64,000 bases of DNA from Planctomycetota bacterium (GTDB lineage Bacteria > Planctomycetota > Brocadiia > JAADGH01). Positions 1 to 8,814 of the stretch are shown here, in pieces. The translations under genes were made by a program, and so were the position numbers. The first letter of the stretch is position 1, and each line of letters begins with the position of its first letter. The notes beneath the pieces are model-generated. The model did not search any database, was not told where the DNA came from, and saw only the letters and a program-made list of their open reading frames with translations. The stretch is taken from contig JBFMAD010000008.1 in assembly GCA_040755855.1 (NCBI GenBank), forward strand, positions 64,001 through 128,000. The letters are read 5' to 3'.

Positions 1-1386
1 TACGACATGCCACATCTGGCCGTGGATGGACAAGGGCGGCTGTGGTGCTTCTTCCGGCTGAACCGGCAGGGCTACGTCGGCCACCCAAACGGCGGGGGCG
101 TGTGGGAGATATTCGGGACCTGCTTCGCCGACGGCAAGTGGTCCGATCCGGTCCCCGTCGCCAACAGCGAGGGGCGAATGAACCAGCGCCTCGATTCCTT
201 CGTGGATAAGGACGGGCGATTGCTGATCGCGTGGGGGGCGGGATGCCATTTCAAGGATGTGAACTACGATGTGCACATCGCGGCTGTGCCGGCGCTTCCG
301 GCAGGCGGAACAGATGGCGCCGTCGGGATGGAGCTCCTCCTCCCGCCGCCGGGCAGGCTGGACGAAAGGCCCCGGCCGCATGTCATGGAGATCGGCGGGA
401 AGAAATATCGCCTGGCCTACGGCGATCTTCACCGGCACACCGAGGTCTCGCTCTGCACGCCGACGATTGACGGCTCGCTGATTGACGCCTACCGCTACGC
501 CCTCGACGCGGCGCAACTGGACTTCCTCGGCGTCACCGATCACACCCGCGACACGCGGCCCTACGCCTGGTGGCTGACGCAGAAGGCGGCGGATATGTTC
601 AACATGCCGGGCCGGTTCGCGGCCTTCTACTCCTACGAGCGGAGCAACGACGTCGGCGGCGGAGGGCATCGCAACGTCTTCTTCACCCGGCGGGGGAACA
701 AGGTCTATGACAGCGGCCCGCCCCCGTGGGACCTGTGGAAGGAACTGGCCGACCTGAACCAGGACGTCGTCACCATCCCCCACACCCCCGGCTACAGCGG
801 GAAGGACGACAAGGGCACGTGGACCTACAACGACCCGCGCTTCGAGCCGCTGGTCGAGATATTCCAAGCGTATCGGAAGTCGTACGAGATGGGCGAGCCG
901 GAGCAGATGAAGAAGGCGGGGACCCCGAAGTGGTCCGTCTGGCACGCGCTGGAGAAGGGGTACAAGATCGGCTTCATCGCCAGTTCGGACCATTGGTCCA
1001 CGCACCTGTCGTATGCCTGCGTCTATGCCGAGGCGCCGACGCGGCAGGCGATCTTCGAGGGGCTTCGGAAGCGGCGCACCTTCGGGGCGATGGACAACAT
1101 CGTGGTCGAGTTCAGCATCAACGGGCATCCGATGGGGGAGGAGATCAAGCTGGCCGACGCGCCGACGCTCGACGTGAAGGTCCAGGGGACGGGGCCGATC
1201 AAGCAGGTGGACATTGTTCGCAATAATGAATTTATCCACACGGTCAACCCTGGCGCGAGCGAGGCGAAATTCACCTTCGTGGACAAGAACGCCAAGCCGG
1301 GGACGAGCTACTACTACGTCCGCGTGGAGCAGGAGGACGGCAAGTGGGCCTGGGCGTCGCCGGTGTGGGTGACGAGGGAGGAGTGA
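1..1386 (+). CDS. PHP-like metallohydrolase (DUF3604 / CehA-McbA-like), 5' truncated by window edge
   Basis: Frame open from base 1; motifs GDLHRHT, VTDH, YE..GHRN, IPHT, ASSDH; C-terminal YYYVRVEQEDG..AWASPVWV. Confidence 0.75.
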   Translation, partial: YDMPHLAVDGQGRLWCFFRLNRQGYVGHPNGGGVWEIFGTCFADGKWSDPVPVANSEGRMNQRLDSFVDKDGRLLIAWGAGCHFKDVNYDVHIAAVPALPAGGTDGAVGMELLLPPPGRLDERPRPHVMEIGGKKYRLAYGDLHRHTEVSLCTPTIDGSLIDAYRYALDAAQLDFLGVTDHTRDTRPYAWWLTQKAADMFNMPGRFAAFYSYERSNDVGGGGHRNVFFTRRGNKVYDSGPPPWDLWKELADLNQDVVTIPHTPGYSGKDDKGTWTYNDPRFEPLVEIFQAYRKSYEMGEPEQMKKAGTPKWSVWHALEKGYKIGFIASSDHWSTHLSYACVYAEAPTRQAIFEGLRKRRTFGAMDNIVVEFSINGHPMGEEIKLADAPTLDVKVQGTGPIKQVDIVRNNEFIHTVNPGASEAKFTFVDKNAKPGTSYYYVRVEQEDGKWAWASPVWVTREE

Positions 1387-1416
1387 CGTAGTGTCTGAAT
1401 CATGGCGGCATGCCGG

Positions 1417-1507
1417 TTCCTGAAAGTCATTCTGAGTCTCGCGCTTCGCGGGACGAAGAATCTCAGCGTTGCGAAAGGTCGAGATGCTTCGCTTCGCTCA
1501 GCATGAC
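1417..1507. repeat. REP-like palindromic element, family A (GTCATTCTGAG...CAGCATGAC)
   Basis: Imperfect inverted repeat; a closely similar reverse-complement copy lies at 38493-38581. Confidence 0.85.
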
Positions 1508-1645
1508 ACGGGCGACGCCGCCGCAACTGAGGGGGCTATAGCATGACGAGGAAATCAGGACTTGCCCCAAAAGTTGTGGGCCATCTGTCGTAAGTTATGT
1601 TTAAGAGTAGGCTTGCTTTGATTGGGTCGCGGAACCCCCGTCATT

Positions 1646-1770
1646 GTCATTGCGAGTCGTTCCGCGTTTCGCGGGACGACGAAGCAATCTCGTCGTTCGC
1701 AACGCCACCGGGCCTACGAGATTGCTTCGTCGCATCTTTCGCTATTGCGAAAGATGCTCCTCGCAATGAC
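1646..1770. repeat. REP-like palindromic element (GTCATTGCGAG...GAAGCAATCTC / GAGATTGCTTC...CTCGCAATGAC)
   Basis: Inverted termini and internal inverted motifs are visible in the sequence. Confidence 0.8.
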
Positions 1771-1809
1771 GTCGAGGGACCATGGGGAAACTCCTCATGG
1801 GGAAATGCC

Positions 1810-1838
1810 TTGACAGCCTCATGGCGGATCGCTATCGT
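1810..1838 (+). promoter_or_regulatory. Putative sigma70 promoter
   Basis: TTGACA-N17-TATCGT upstream of the structured region and the CDS at 2110. Confidence 0.5.
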
Positions 1839-1917
1839 GAAGGTGATGATTTCCAACATTCTGAATCGTTTTGAAGGAGATGCTATCGGCTTGGCCTGAA
1901 TCACGATTTTGCCATTT

Positions 1918-2071
1918 GAGTTCGTTCAGAACGTCGTCGCTACGAAACTGCTACATTCTTTGTCCGCAACGACGCTCTGGCGAGCTCCCTGGAAACAGGG
2001 AGCTGCCAGGCGTTGCTTTGCGGACAGGGCTGTAGCAGGCCCCGTAGCGATAGTGGCGTCTTGGTCAGCTC
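1918..2071 (+). ncRNA. Candidate rod-shaped structured RNA or leader element
   Basis: Nested helices with G-U pairs capped by a GAAA tetraloop at 1992-1995; I do not recognise the family. Confidence 0.4.
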
Positions 2072-2109
2072 CCTTTTCTTTTGGGGAGAAAGCGCAAAGG
2101 AGGGATGGG

Positions 2110-2811
2110 ATGAAACGTGTGATGACGATCGTGGGTCTTTCTGTGGCTTTGCTCCTCTCCGCCTCCATGATCGCCGAGGCGCAGAGCAAGAAGAAAGGCA
2201 AAGAGCCGGAACTGGCGATCTGCAAACGAGGCAACCTGATCTTCGAGGATGATTTTTCGGGGAAGGAGGTGGAGTGGAACGTAACTGGTGGGGAATGGAA
2301 GATTGAGAAGAATAGCCTCGTAACAAGGTCGAAAGGCACAGTTGCGAACAAGGATTACCCGTCCATTTGCCGTCCGTTCGCCGAAGTGCCCAATGTCGTC
2401 TTCGAATTCAGGGTTCTCTTGCCAATGAAAGGATCCTTTGGCGTCTATGGCAAGGAGGGTGGTAGCAATGCCCAGAATCCGGGGGCTTCTTTCTCTCCCA
2501 ACACAAGAACCGTGTCAATCACGTATTGGGCCCCCCATGTTGATCTCGCTAAGGGCCCTCTTGTCTATGCGAAACCCAGGTGGTTAGATGTGATCTTTGA
2601 ACTATACACGAACAAGTATGCTCTTACGGTGGACGGTAAGACAATGCGAGGCGAGGTCCCGCCCGGCGAAGGCATCCAGAGGAACACTTTTTTGCTCACC
2701 GTACCAAACCCGAATGGGGAATTGTTTGCCATTGATGACGTCAAGGTCTACGAAGCCCTCCCGAAGGACGAGGGGGAGGGGGAGGACGAGAAGGGCAAGA
2801 AAAGGAAATGA
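2110..2811 (+). CDS. Exported ConA-like/DUF1080-like beta-sandwich protein
   Basis: Signal peptide MKRVMTIVGLSVALLLSASMIAEA; LIFEDDFSG..W..GEWKI; IDDVKVY; resembles the protein at 25924. Confidence 0.6.
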   Translation: MKRVMTIVGLSVALLLSASMIAEAQSKKKGKEPELAICKRGNLIFEDDFSGKEVEWNVTGGEWKIEKNSLVTRSKGTVANKDYPSICRPFAEVPNVVFEFRVLLPMKGSFGVYGKEGGSNAQNPGASFSPNTRTVSITYWAPHVDLAKGPLVYAKPRWLDVIFELYTNKYALTVDGKTMRGEVPPGEGIQRNTFLLTVPNPNGELFAIDDVKVYEALPKDEGEGEDEKGKKRK

Positions 2812-2855
2812 CTAATTCCCAAAGCCCGAATGACTAATCAATGACGAATGACGAA
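2807..2855. repeat. Degenerate 7-nt periodic repeat (AATGACN)
   Basis: aatgact...aatgact...aatgacg aatgacg between convergent genes. Confidence 0.55.
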
Positions 2856-2858
2856 GGC

Positions 2859-3260
2859 CTATGGGAAAAGGCCGAGGCGAATCCACTGTCGCCGCGCTGC
2901 GACCTGGGCCTGACCATTCATCTCCAATTGAGCGGCTGTCGCCCTCCCGACGGCCGTAACGCCCTCGATCCTTCCGCCTTTGACATCCGCCCGGAAATGT
3001 TCCTCCCAACGATCCTGTCGCGGATGGAACAGGCGGACCACCCCCTGGCTTTTGGGGTCAACGGCGTCGAGGCGCGTCGCTTTTCGGAGATTGCAGGAAC
3101 GACATGCCAGCGCCCAGTTGGCTTCGTTGTCGGGGCCTTCGCGCGAGACGGGAATGATGTGTTCCACTTCGAAAGGGAGATTGAATACTCCTTCAGGGGC
3201 ATGACAGTATTCGCAGCGATGTCTCGCTCGCAGGGCCGTTTGGGTATAGCGCGGATTCAT
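2859..3260 (-). CDS. HNH endonuclease
   Basis: RCEYCH...EVEHIIP..G.D...NWALACRSCNLRK; LFHPR.D.W.EHF. Confidence 0.9.
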   Translation of the reverse strand: MNPRYTQTALRARHRCEYCHAPEGVFNLPFEVEHIIPVSREGPDNEANWALACRSCNLRKATRLDAVDPKSQGVVRLFHPRQDRWEEHFRADVKGGRIEGVTAVGRATAAQLEMNGQAQVAARRQWIRLGLFP

Positions 3261-3628
3261 CGCGCCAGTTCATCAACGGCGTCGGCGAGTTGCGCGGTCC
3301 GATCCCTGCAGGCGCGCAGCTCCGCCTCGACAAGAGAGTCCAACTCGGTCTGCTCAACCGAGGATAGGCTTTCTCCCTTGTCGCGGGCTATGCGCCAGCG
3401 CTCCATTAGCTCGGCGAGTCTCCGTTGCTGTTCGGGGCGGAAGAACTGGTCCGGCCGCAAACTCTGAACAATGACCAGCGCGCCGGTCTCTTCCTCGGGA
3501 AGTTGTGCGGTCAGCGCGTCCAGCGCCTCGCCTGCGGTTCGGCCCTGCGACTGCTTGTCTCCCGCCACGGCATGGTAGGACACTCTCCCTTGCCCGGTCG
3601 GCACCGGCAAGATGGCAACCCTTGTCAT
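3257..3628 (-). CDS. Hypothetical protein coupled to the HNH gene (possible antitoxin-like partner)
   Basis: RBS GGGAGG; ATGA overlap with the HNH gene; QGRTAGEALDAL resembles a HicB-like N-terminus. Confidence 0.6.
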   Translation of the reverse strand: MTRVAILPVPTGQGRVSYHAVAGDKQSQGRTAGEALDALTAQLPEEETGALVIVQSLRPDQFFRPEQQRRLAELMERWRIARDKGESLSSVEQTELDSLVEAELRACRDRTAQLADAVDELAR

Positions 3629-3916
3629 CCGTGTTTACCTCCCGCGGGTGATCATCACCCGTTCGAACCCATAGACAGGATAGAGAGCATTGATGTTGCT
3701 CTTCTCCCTTCTTGTAAGTGTACCGTAGGATTGAAAGGACGTCAAGGGATTTATTAAATCTTGCAGACCAAGACCCTCCAAGCGGCGGAAACGCGAAGGC
3801 GACTCGATCTGAAACAGAGTCCGTGTGTATTGCAGGGGAAGGCCAGAGCGAATCCGATGTCGCCGCGCTTGAACTGTTTGGGCGGCTTATGACAACTCAT
3901 GTCGAATGGCGGCCTA

Positions 3917-5683
3917 TCAGACGCCGCTGAGAAAGAATTTCCAGCGCTCGCTCAAGTCGCGCCGGGGGCCCAAAGGCCTGATCTCAACGATGGAATCCTC
4001 CGGGGGCTCGATCTTGAAATCCATGTCCGCGAAGAATGCGCCGAGCAGAGGGCCAGGCCCATCGGGGCCAAACAATTGGGCGGTCCCTGCCCCCGATGGG
4101 AGCCGAGCCAACATCACGCACACGTTGATCTGAGGCCGACCGTGGTGCTCCCGATACCAGTTCGGCCCGGGCGTCGGAAAGGCGACCGCAACGACATCGC
4201 CGCCGACCCCGTTCTTGCGCAACTGGTTGCGGAACGCGTTTGATTTGACCAGGCGGTCCAGTATCTCCCGTGCGAAGTCGGGGTCCAGCCGCGTCCGCAG
4301 AATCGGCGCCTTCACCAGTATGAGCTCCGCGCTTGCCGCCGCACCTGGGGTCACCACACCGACCGGCTGGCCAGGGGAAACGTCCGCCGACGCGGCGAGT
4401 TGCTGCATGAAGAAATCCCATCGCTCCTCCCCAGGGAAGCCTCTGCCGGGCGCGACAAGTTGCCCTTCCACGATGTCTTCGCCCTGGGGACGGTCGAGAT
4501 TCACGGGGGCGATGCACGCGCCGATGATCTGCCGATTCGACTTGTCCGCCAACGCATCCGAGAAAGCCGCGCCCTCCGCCAAACGGCATCGGATGATCAT
4601 GGCCCGCACCCGCTCCGTTCCGGCCTCGTCGGGCGCCGGGCCGCGACGGCCGGACTCGTCCTGGCCCCGGTGCATCCCCGGAGTACCGGGTTGGTCGGGT
4701 TTATCGTAAGGCCCGCAGAACACTATCGCCGCGTCGCGATTCGATTCGTCGAGGAACGCGAGAAAGCCTTTCAGTGTTTTCGACTCCTGGAGGCCGACAA
4801 GCAGACGTTCGGCGAAACCGGGTTGCCGCGCATTGCGATATGGGCCGCGAACAACAGCCAACCGACCCGATTGAACGAACTGCACGCCGGCGGCTTCTCC
4901 GGCGGTGAGGTTGACCGGCCGGGAGGGCGCACCGCCGGAGCCGGAAGTGAGCTGGACGGTAGCTGCGAGATACGGGACGTTGCGCAGGGCCAGCTTGGCG
5001 GTCCCGATCAGCCAGATCAGACCGCAGGCAACCATCAGAGTAAGGACGAGCGAGATCATAACCCGGATGGGCGCCGGCAGCGGCAGGGGGGGAACCCGCG
5101 CCAGAACCCTTGCGAGATAACGGTCGCCGGGGATGCAGAACGACGTGCGGGCGCGATAGGACCGATATTCTTCACCGAATAGCTGGAGGCACGTCCCCTC
5201 CTCGCTCTTGGACAAATGGTAATATAGGAACATCATGAGAAAGAACGCCAGGAATGTGATGGCGCGCCCCCATGTCAGCAAAATGCCGATGCCAAACAGC
5301 GTGAGCGCAGAGTACTGTGGATTCCGAACCCAGCGATAGAGCCCACGTGTGACCAGGCCGGTTCGGCGGAGCTTGGCCAGGTAGATCTGCCCCGCGCCGA
5401 CGAGAAAGACGACAAGACCTATCAGGACCAGCGCCGGACCCACGGGTCCAAGCGTCAGCACGGGAAAGACGAAATGCGTGAGCCACGCGGTCTTGCTGTA
5501 TCCCGCCAGCGTTTCAATCCGGAGCAGCGAACCATACAGAAACCCCGCAAACGGGAGGAGCATCCAGATCGGCTCGAGGACGACAAAGAGGCTCAGGATC
5601 TGAACCAAGCCCTGACCGATCCTGGAGACAAGTCTACGGCTTTGGCGTTCGGGGCAATCGGGATTCATCACTGATTTCCTCAA
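3917..5683 (-). CDS. ICMT/PEMT-family integral membrane methyltransferase with a large duplicated C-terminal domain
   Basis: LVTRGLYRWVRNPQY...SEEGTCLQLFGEEYRSYRART motif; several TM segments. Confidence 0.75.
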   Translation of the reverse strand: MRKSVMNPDCPERQSRRLVSRIGQGLVQILSLFVVLEPIWMLLPFAGFLYGSLLRIETLAGYSKTAWLTHFVFPVLTLGPVGPALVLIGLVVFLVGAGQIYLAKLRRTGLVTRGLYRWVRNPQYSALTLFGIGILLTWGRAITFLAFFLMMFLYYHLSKSEEGTCLQLFGEEYRSYRARTSFCIPGDRYLARVLARVPPLPLPAPIRVMISLVLTLMVACGLIWLIGTAKLALRNVPYLAATVQLTSGSGGAPSRPVNLTAGEAAGVQFVQSGRLAVVRGPYRNARQPGFAERLLVGLQESKTLKGFLAFLDESNRDAAIVFCGPYDKPDQPGTPGMHRGQDESGRRGPAPDEAGTERVRAMIIRCRLAEGAAFSDALADKSNRQIIGACIAPVNLDRPQGEDIVEGQLVAPGRGFPGEERWDFFMQQLAASADVSPGQPVGVVTPGAAASAELILVKAPILRTRLDPDFAREILDRLVKSNAFRNQLRKNGVGGDVVAVAFPTPGPNWYREHHGRPQINVCVMLARLPSGAGTAQLFGPDGPGPLLGAFFADMDFKIEPPEDSIVEIRPLGPRRDLSERWKFFLSGV

Positions 5684-5821
5684 TCACGCGTGGGTACCAT
5701 GGCCTGGACAATGTTCTCGATAGCAATCGGCCATGCCATTGGGCAAAGCAATGCGGGACCGAGCACGTGATGCTCGGCCCCGCATGCAGTATCACCCCCT
5801 GACCGTGTCCGGGAAACCGCC

Positions 5822-6547
5822 TCAGAAGTCCTGCGGAGCGCCGCCGCCCGGGCCGCCGGGACCCTGCGGGCCACGGCCCTGGCCGGGACCGACCATGGCC
5901 TTGGCCTCTTCCTGGCTGATGAAGCCGTCCTTATCCGCATCGAGCCGGTCGAACATCTGCTCCGGCCCGCGGAATTCCTCCTTGGAGATCTTGCCGTCGC
6001 CGTCGGCGTCCATCCGCTTCAGCATCTCGCCGCGATCGCGCTGTCCACCCCCAGGCCCGCCCTGGCCCTGTCCCGGACCTTGGCCTTGCCCCGGCCCTTG
6101 CCCCTGACCCTGGCCCTGGCCCTGGCCCGGCCCGAAGCCGCCGCCGCGCTGTCCCGGCCCGCCCATACCCGGCATAAAGGGCGCTTCCTTCGCCTCTTTG
6201 AACTTCTGCATCTGCTCGGGGGTGAGGATCCCGGCGAGGTCCGTCTCGAACTCCTGCTGGATTGTCTTCATCTTCTCAGAGAGTTTTGCCATGGCCTCGT
6301 CGAACTTGGCCTTCTGCTCCTCGGTAAGCTCCTGGGAGACAGACTTCATGCCGCGCATGGTCTTGAAAATCTCGCCTATGCCTTCCATGCCGGGGCCGGG
6401 GCGCATCCCCTGCCCGCCGCGACGGCCGCCGCCGGGGCCAAGCTGCCCACCCCCACCTTCGGGTGGAGGCGGAGGGGGAACATCCTGCGCCAACACCACC
6501 CCCGCAACAATCAATCCTACCACCGACATCGCCAAGAGCCTCTTCAT
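5822..6547 (-). CDS. Exported LTxxQ (Spy/CpxP-like) plus EF-hand protein, Gly/Gln/Pro-rich
   Basis: Signal peptide; LTEEQ and LTPEQ motifs; EF-hands DADGDGKISKEE and DADKDGFISQEE; RBS before ATG 6547. Confidence 0.75.
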   Translation of the reverse strand: MKRLLAMSVVGLIVAGVVLAQDVPPPPPPEGGGGQLGPGGGRRGGQGMRPGPGMEGIGEIFKTMRGMKSVSQELTEEQKAKFDEAMAKLSEKMKTIQQEFETDLAGILTPEQMQKFKEAKEAPFMPGMGGPGQRGGGFGPGQGQGQGQGQGPGQGQGPGQGQGGPGGGQRDRGEMLKRMDADGDGKISKEEFRGPEQMFDRLDADKDGFISQEEAKAMVGPGQGRGPQGPGGPGGGAPQDF

Positions 6548-6606
6548 TCTACCTTCCTCCTTCCTGTCCGTAATTTGACCTAAACCGAGTTTCTCATCCA
6601 CGCAAT

Positions 6607-6639
6607 AACCTCCCGGAGGTCTGGAACCTCCGGGAGGTT
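6607..6639. repeat. REP-like 33-bp double palindrome, family B
   Basis: AACCTCCCGGAGGT-N4-AACCTCCGGGAGGTT; also at 55925 and 57102. Confidence 0.9.
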
Positions 6640-6645
6640 GTTCTT

Positions 6646-7302
6646 CTACTCCTGCGCGGGGGGCTGCCCGCCGCGCATTCCTCTGCCGTGCCGCATCATG
6701 CCTGGGCCCATCTGGGGCATGGATTCCTTCGCCTTCTTGTACTCCTCCATCTGATTGACCGTGAGGATGCCGCTGAGCTCGGCTTCGAGGTCCTCCTGCA
6801 TCTTCTTGACGACCCGCTCCCGGACCTCGTTGAGCTTGGTCTTTTGTTCCTCGCTCAACTGGCCCTCAATGCTCCCCAGGGCGCGGAGCGTCTTCGCCAC
6901 TTCAACCATCTGCGCGGGATATTGCCCGCGGGGGCCGCCCTCTCCCATGCCGGGACCGCCTTGGCCCATTGGGGCTTCCTTCTCCTTCTTGTATTTCTCC
7001 AGTTGCTCGGCGGTCAGGACGCCGCCGAGATCGGTCTCGAACTCCTCACACGCCTTCTTCATCTTCTCGGTCATCTTTCCCTGGGCCTCGGCAAGCTTGG
7101 CCTTCTGCTCCTCGGTCAGCCCGTCGGCCACGCTCCGCAGGGCGCGGAAGGTGGTGAACGCGCCCATCATCGGCATGGCCCCGCCCATCCTCCGTCCTTC
7201 GGGTCCTTGCCCGCCCGGTCGCGGCGGGGGGGCCTCCTGCGCCAGGGCGGTCCCCGCCGCCAGCGCCATCGCCGCCATCATCATTCCCAATCGGTTTCTC
7301 AT
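6646..7302 (-). CDS. Exported protein with two LTxxQ (Spy/CpxP-like) modules
   Basis: Signal peptide ending ALA-Q; LTEEQ/LTAEQ and LSEEQ/LTVNQ motifs. Confidence 0.7.
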   Translation of the reverse strand: MRNRLGMMMAAMALAAGTALAQEAPPPRPGGQGPEGRRMGGAMPMMGAFTTFRALRSVADGLTEEQKAKLAEAQGKMTEKMKKACEEFETDLGGVLTAEQLEKYKKEKEAPMGQGGPGMGEGGPRGQYPAQMVEVAKTLRALGSIEGQLSEEQKTKLNEVRERVVKKMQEDLEAELSGILTVNQMEEYKKAKESMPQMGPGMMRHGRGMRGGQPPAQE

Positions 7303-7342
7303 TGTCGAATCCTCCTTGAATCAAGAACCTGTTGCCATTCGT

Positions 7343-8242
7343 TTATTCTCTGTCGGGCGGCCGCGGCTCGCCGGGCATGGGCGGATGCCATCTCGGTCTC
7401 GGTCCCATGGGGTCGCCCATGCCGGGGGGCGGCCCGGCCTCCTTCTCAGTTTGGAACCTCTTCATCTGCTCCTCGGTCAGAATCCCCGCCAAGTCGCCCT
7501 CGAAGGCGGCCAGGGCGTCAGAGATCGGCTTCATGGCGTCGTGGACCTTGGCCTTCTGGTCCTCATCGAGGTCCGGCATCACCTTCCTTAGCCCTCTCAT
7601 CGTCTTGAAGAGAGGAACGGACTCCGGCATGGGGGCGAACGGCCCGGGCCCGAACTCGCGCCCGCCCCACGGCCCTCGCCCGCCGAATTCCTTAAGCACG
7701 GACTCCCGGGCCTTGGCGCGCTCCTCCTCGTTCAGTTGGCCGTCGCCGTCGGCGTCGAACCGTTCCAACGGCTTGCCCTGCATCCAGGGGGGATGGTGCG
7801 GCCGTCGCCAGTGGTGTTTCTCCTGCTGCTCAATCCTCTCGGCCGCCTGTCTGCGCTGCTCGGGGGTCAGCGTTTCCATGAACTCCTTGTAATGCTTCAG
7901 CGAGGCCTCGCGGTAGGCGCGGTATAGTTCGGGAAGCTCACCTTGAAGGGTTCGGACGCGCTCGGGGTCGGGGGAGGGGCTGCTCAGCTCGGCGGTGAGG
8001 CTCTCGCGCGTCATGCGGATAGCCTCTTGCAGTTTAGCGCCATCGTCCTGGCTCTTCTTGTAGAGCGCGGCGAATTTTTCGCGCTGCGCCGGATCGAGCG
8101 CCAGGTCATCCGCGACCACCTCCGTCACCTTCTCCGCGGTGGCCAGGGTTTCGGGAGTGGATCGGGAGACGAGATAGCCCACGACAAACGCCACATTGAA
8201 GACCAGGGAGACGAGCAGCACAACGGAGGCGAGCATCTTCAT
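7343..8242 (-). CDS. Periplasmic heavy-metal-sensor-like (Metal_resist/Spy) protein with EF-hand and LTxxQ module
   Basis: N-terminal TM SLVFNVAFVVG; LALDPAQRE; LTPEQR; DADGDGQLNEEE. Confidence 0.7.
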   Translation of the reverse strand: MKMLASVVLLVSLVFNVAFVVGYLVSRSTPETLATAEKVTEVVADDLALDPAQREKFAALYKKSQDDGAKLQEAIRMTRESLTAELSSPSPDPERVRTLQGELPELYRAYREASLKHYKEFMETLTPEQRRQAAERIEQQEKHHWRRPHHPPWMQGKPLERFDADGDGQLNEEERAKARESVLKEFGGRGPWGGREFGPGPFAPMPESVPLFKTMRGLRKVMPDLDEDQKAKVHDAMKPISDALAAFEGDLAGILTEEQMKRFQTEKEAGPPPGMGDPMGPRPRWHPPMPGEPRPPDRE

Positions 8243-8754
8243 CGCTGCACCTCCTCATCCTGCGCGGCCAGTATCTCGAAGACGTTGTCCCCGGTTACGT
8301 CCTGCCCGGCGTCGAGGGCCACGAGATCGAAGGTGATCGCCGACGTCAGCCTCTCCTCCGCCTGGCGACGGTTCTGATAGACCGATGAGCCGGCGAGCAG
8401 CCCCGCCAGGCCGATGAGGATCGAGGCGGCCACGGCGGCCGTCCATCGCGCCACGGCGAGCCACCGCCTCTCGCGGAGCGGGGCGAGCGCCTTTGCGCGG
8501 TCGAGGACCGCCTTCGGGGCGACCATGGCCGGCGCAGCGAGCAGGTCGCGGATCTCGATCACCACCTTTCGACATTCGGGGCAGTCGGCCAGGTGAGCCT
8601 CGATCCGCTCGGTCTCGGCCTCGTCGGTATGACCGTCCATGTAGGCCGCCAGGTCGGTCAGGGTCGGGCAGCCCGGCTCGGCCGGTCGGTCCCGATGGAA
8701 CCGGGCCACGAGTTTCCGTTCTTCCGCGCTGATGGAGTCGTTTGCGTTCATCAC
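8239..8754 (-). CDS. Zinc-binding anti-sigma factor (zf-HC2)
   Basis: LAAYMDG...IEAHLADCPEC (HxxxCxxC) followed by one TM helix; downstream of the ECF sigma gene. Confidence 0.85.
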   Translation of the reverse strand: MMNANDSISAEERKLVARFHRDRPAEPGCPTLTDLAAYMDGHTDEAETERIEAHLADCPECRKVVIEIRDLLAAPAMVAPKAVLDRAKALAPLRERRWLAVARWTAAVAASILIGLAGLLAGSSVYQNRRQAEERLTSAITFDLVALDAGQDVTGDNVFEILAAQDEEVQR

Positions 8755-8814
8755 ATGCCTCTTGTCATCTATCCTGCTTTACGAGGAACCAGTCCGAAAC
8801 ATCCCCGTCGAAAA

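Noticed and set aside
1577..1606. TTATGTTTAA as part of a dif/Xer site
   Set aside because: Only the XerD-like half resembles the consensus; there is no XerC arm.
1417..1770. Clustered palindromes as a CRISPR array
   Set aside because: No identical direct repeats with regular spacers and no cas genes.
1597..1904. Short ORFs over the REP-like elements
   Set aside because: They are translations of palindromic repeats with no family signal.
3640..3720. GGTTCGAAC on the minus strand as a tRNA T-loop
   Set aside because: No acceptor, D or anticodon stems can be formed.
6040..6135. Tandem CCCTGG-like repeats as a non-coding repeat locus
   Set aside because: They encode the GQ/GP low-complexity linker of the EF-hand protein.
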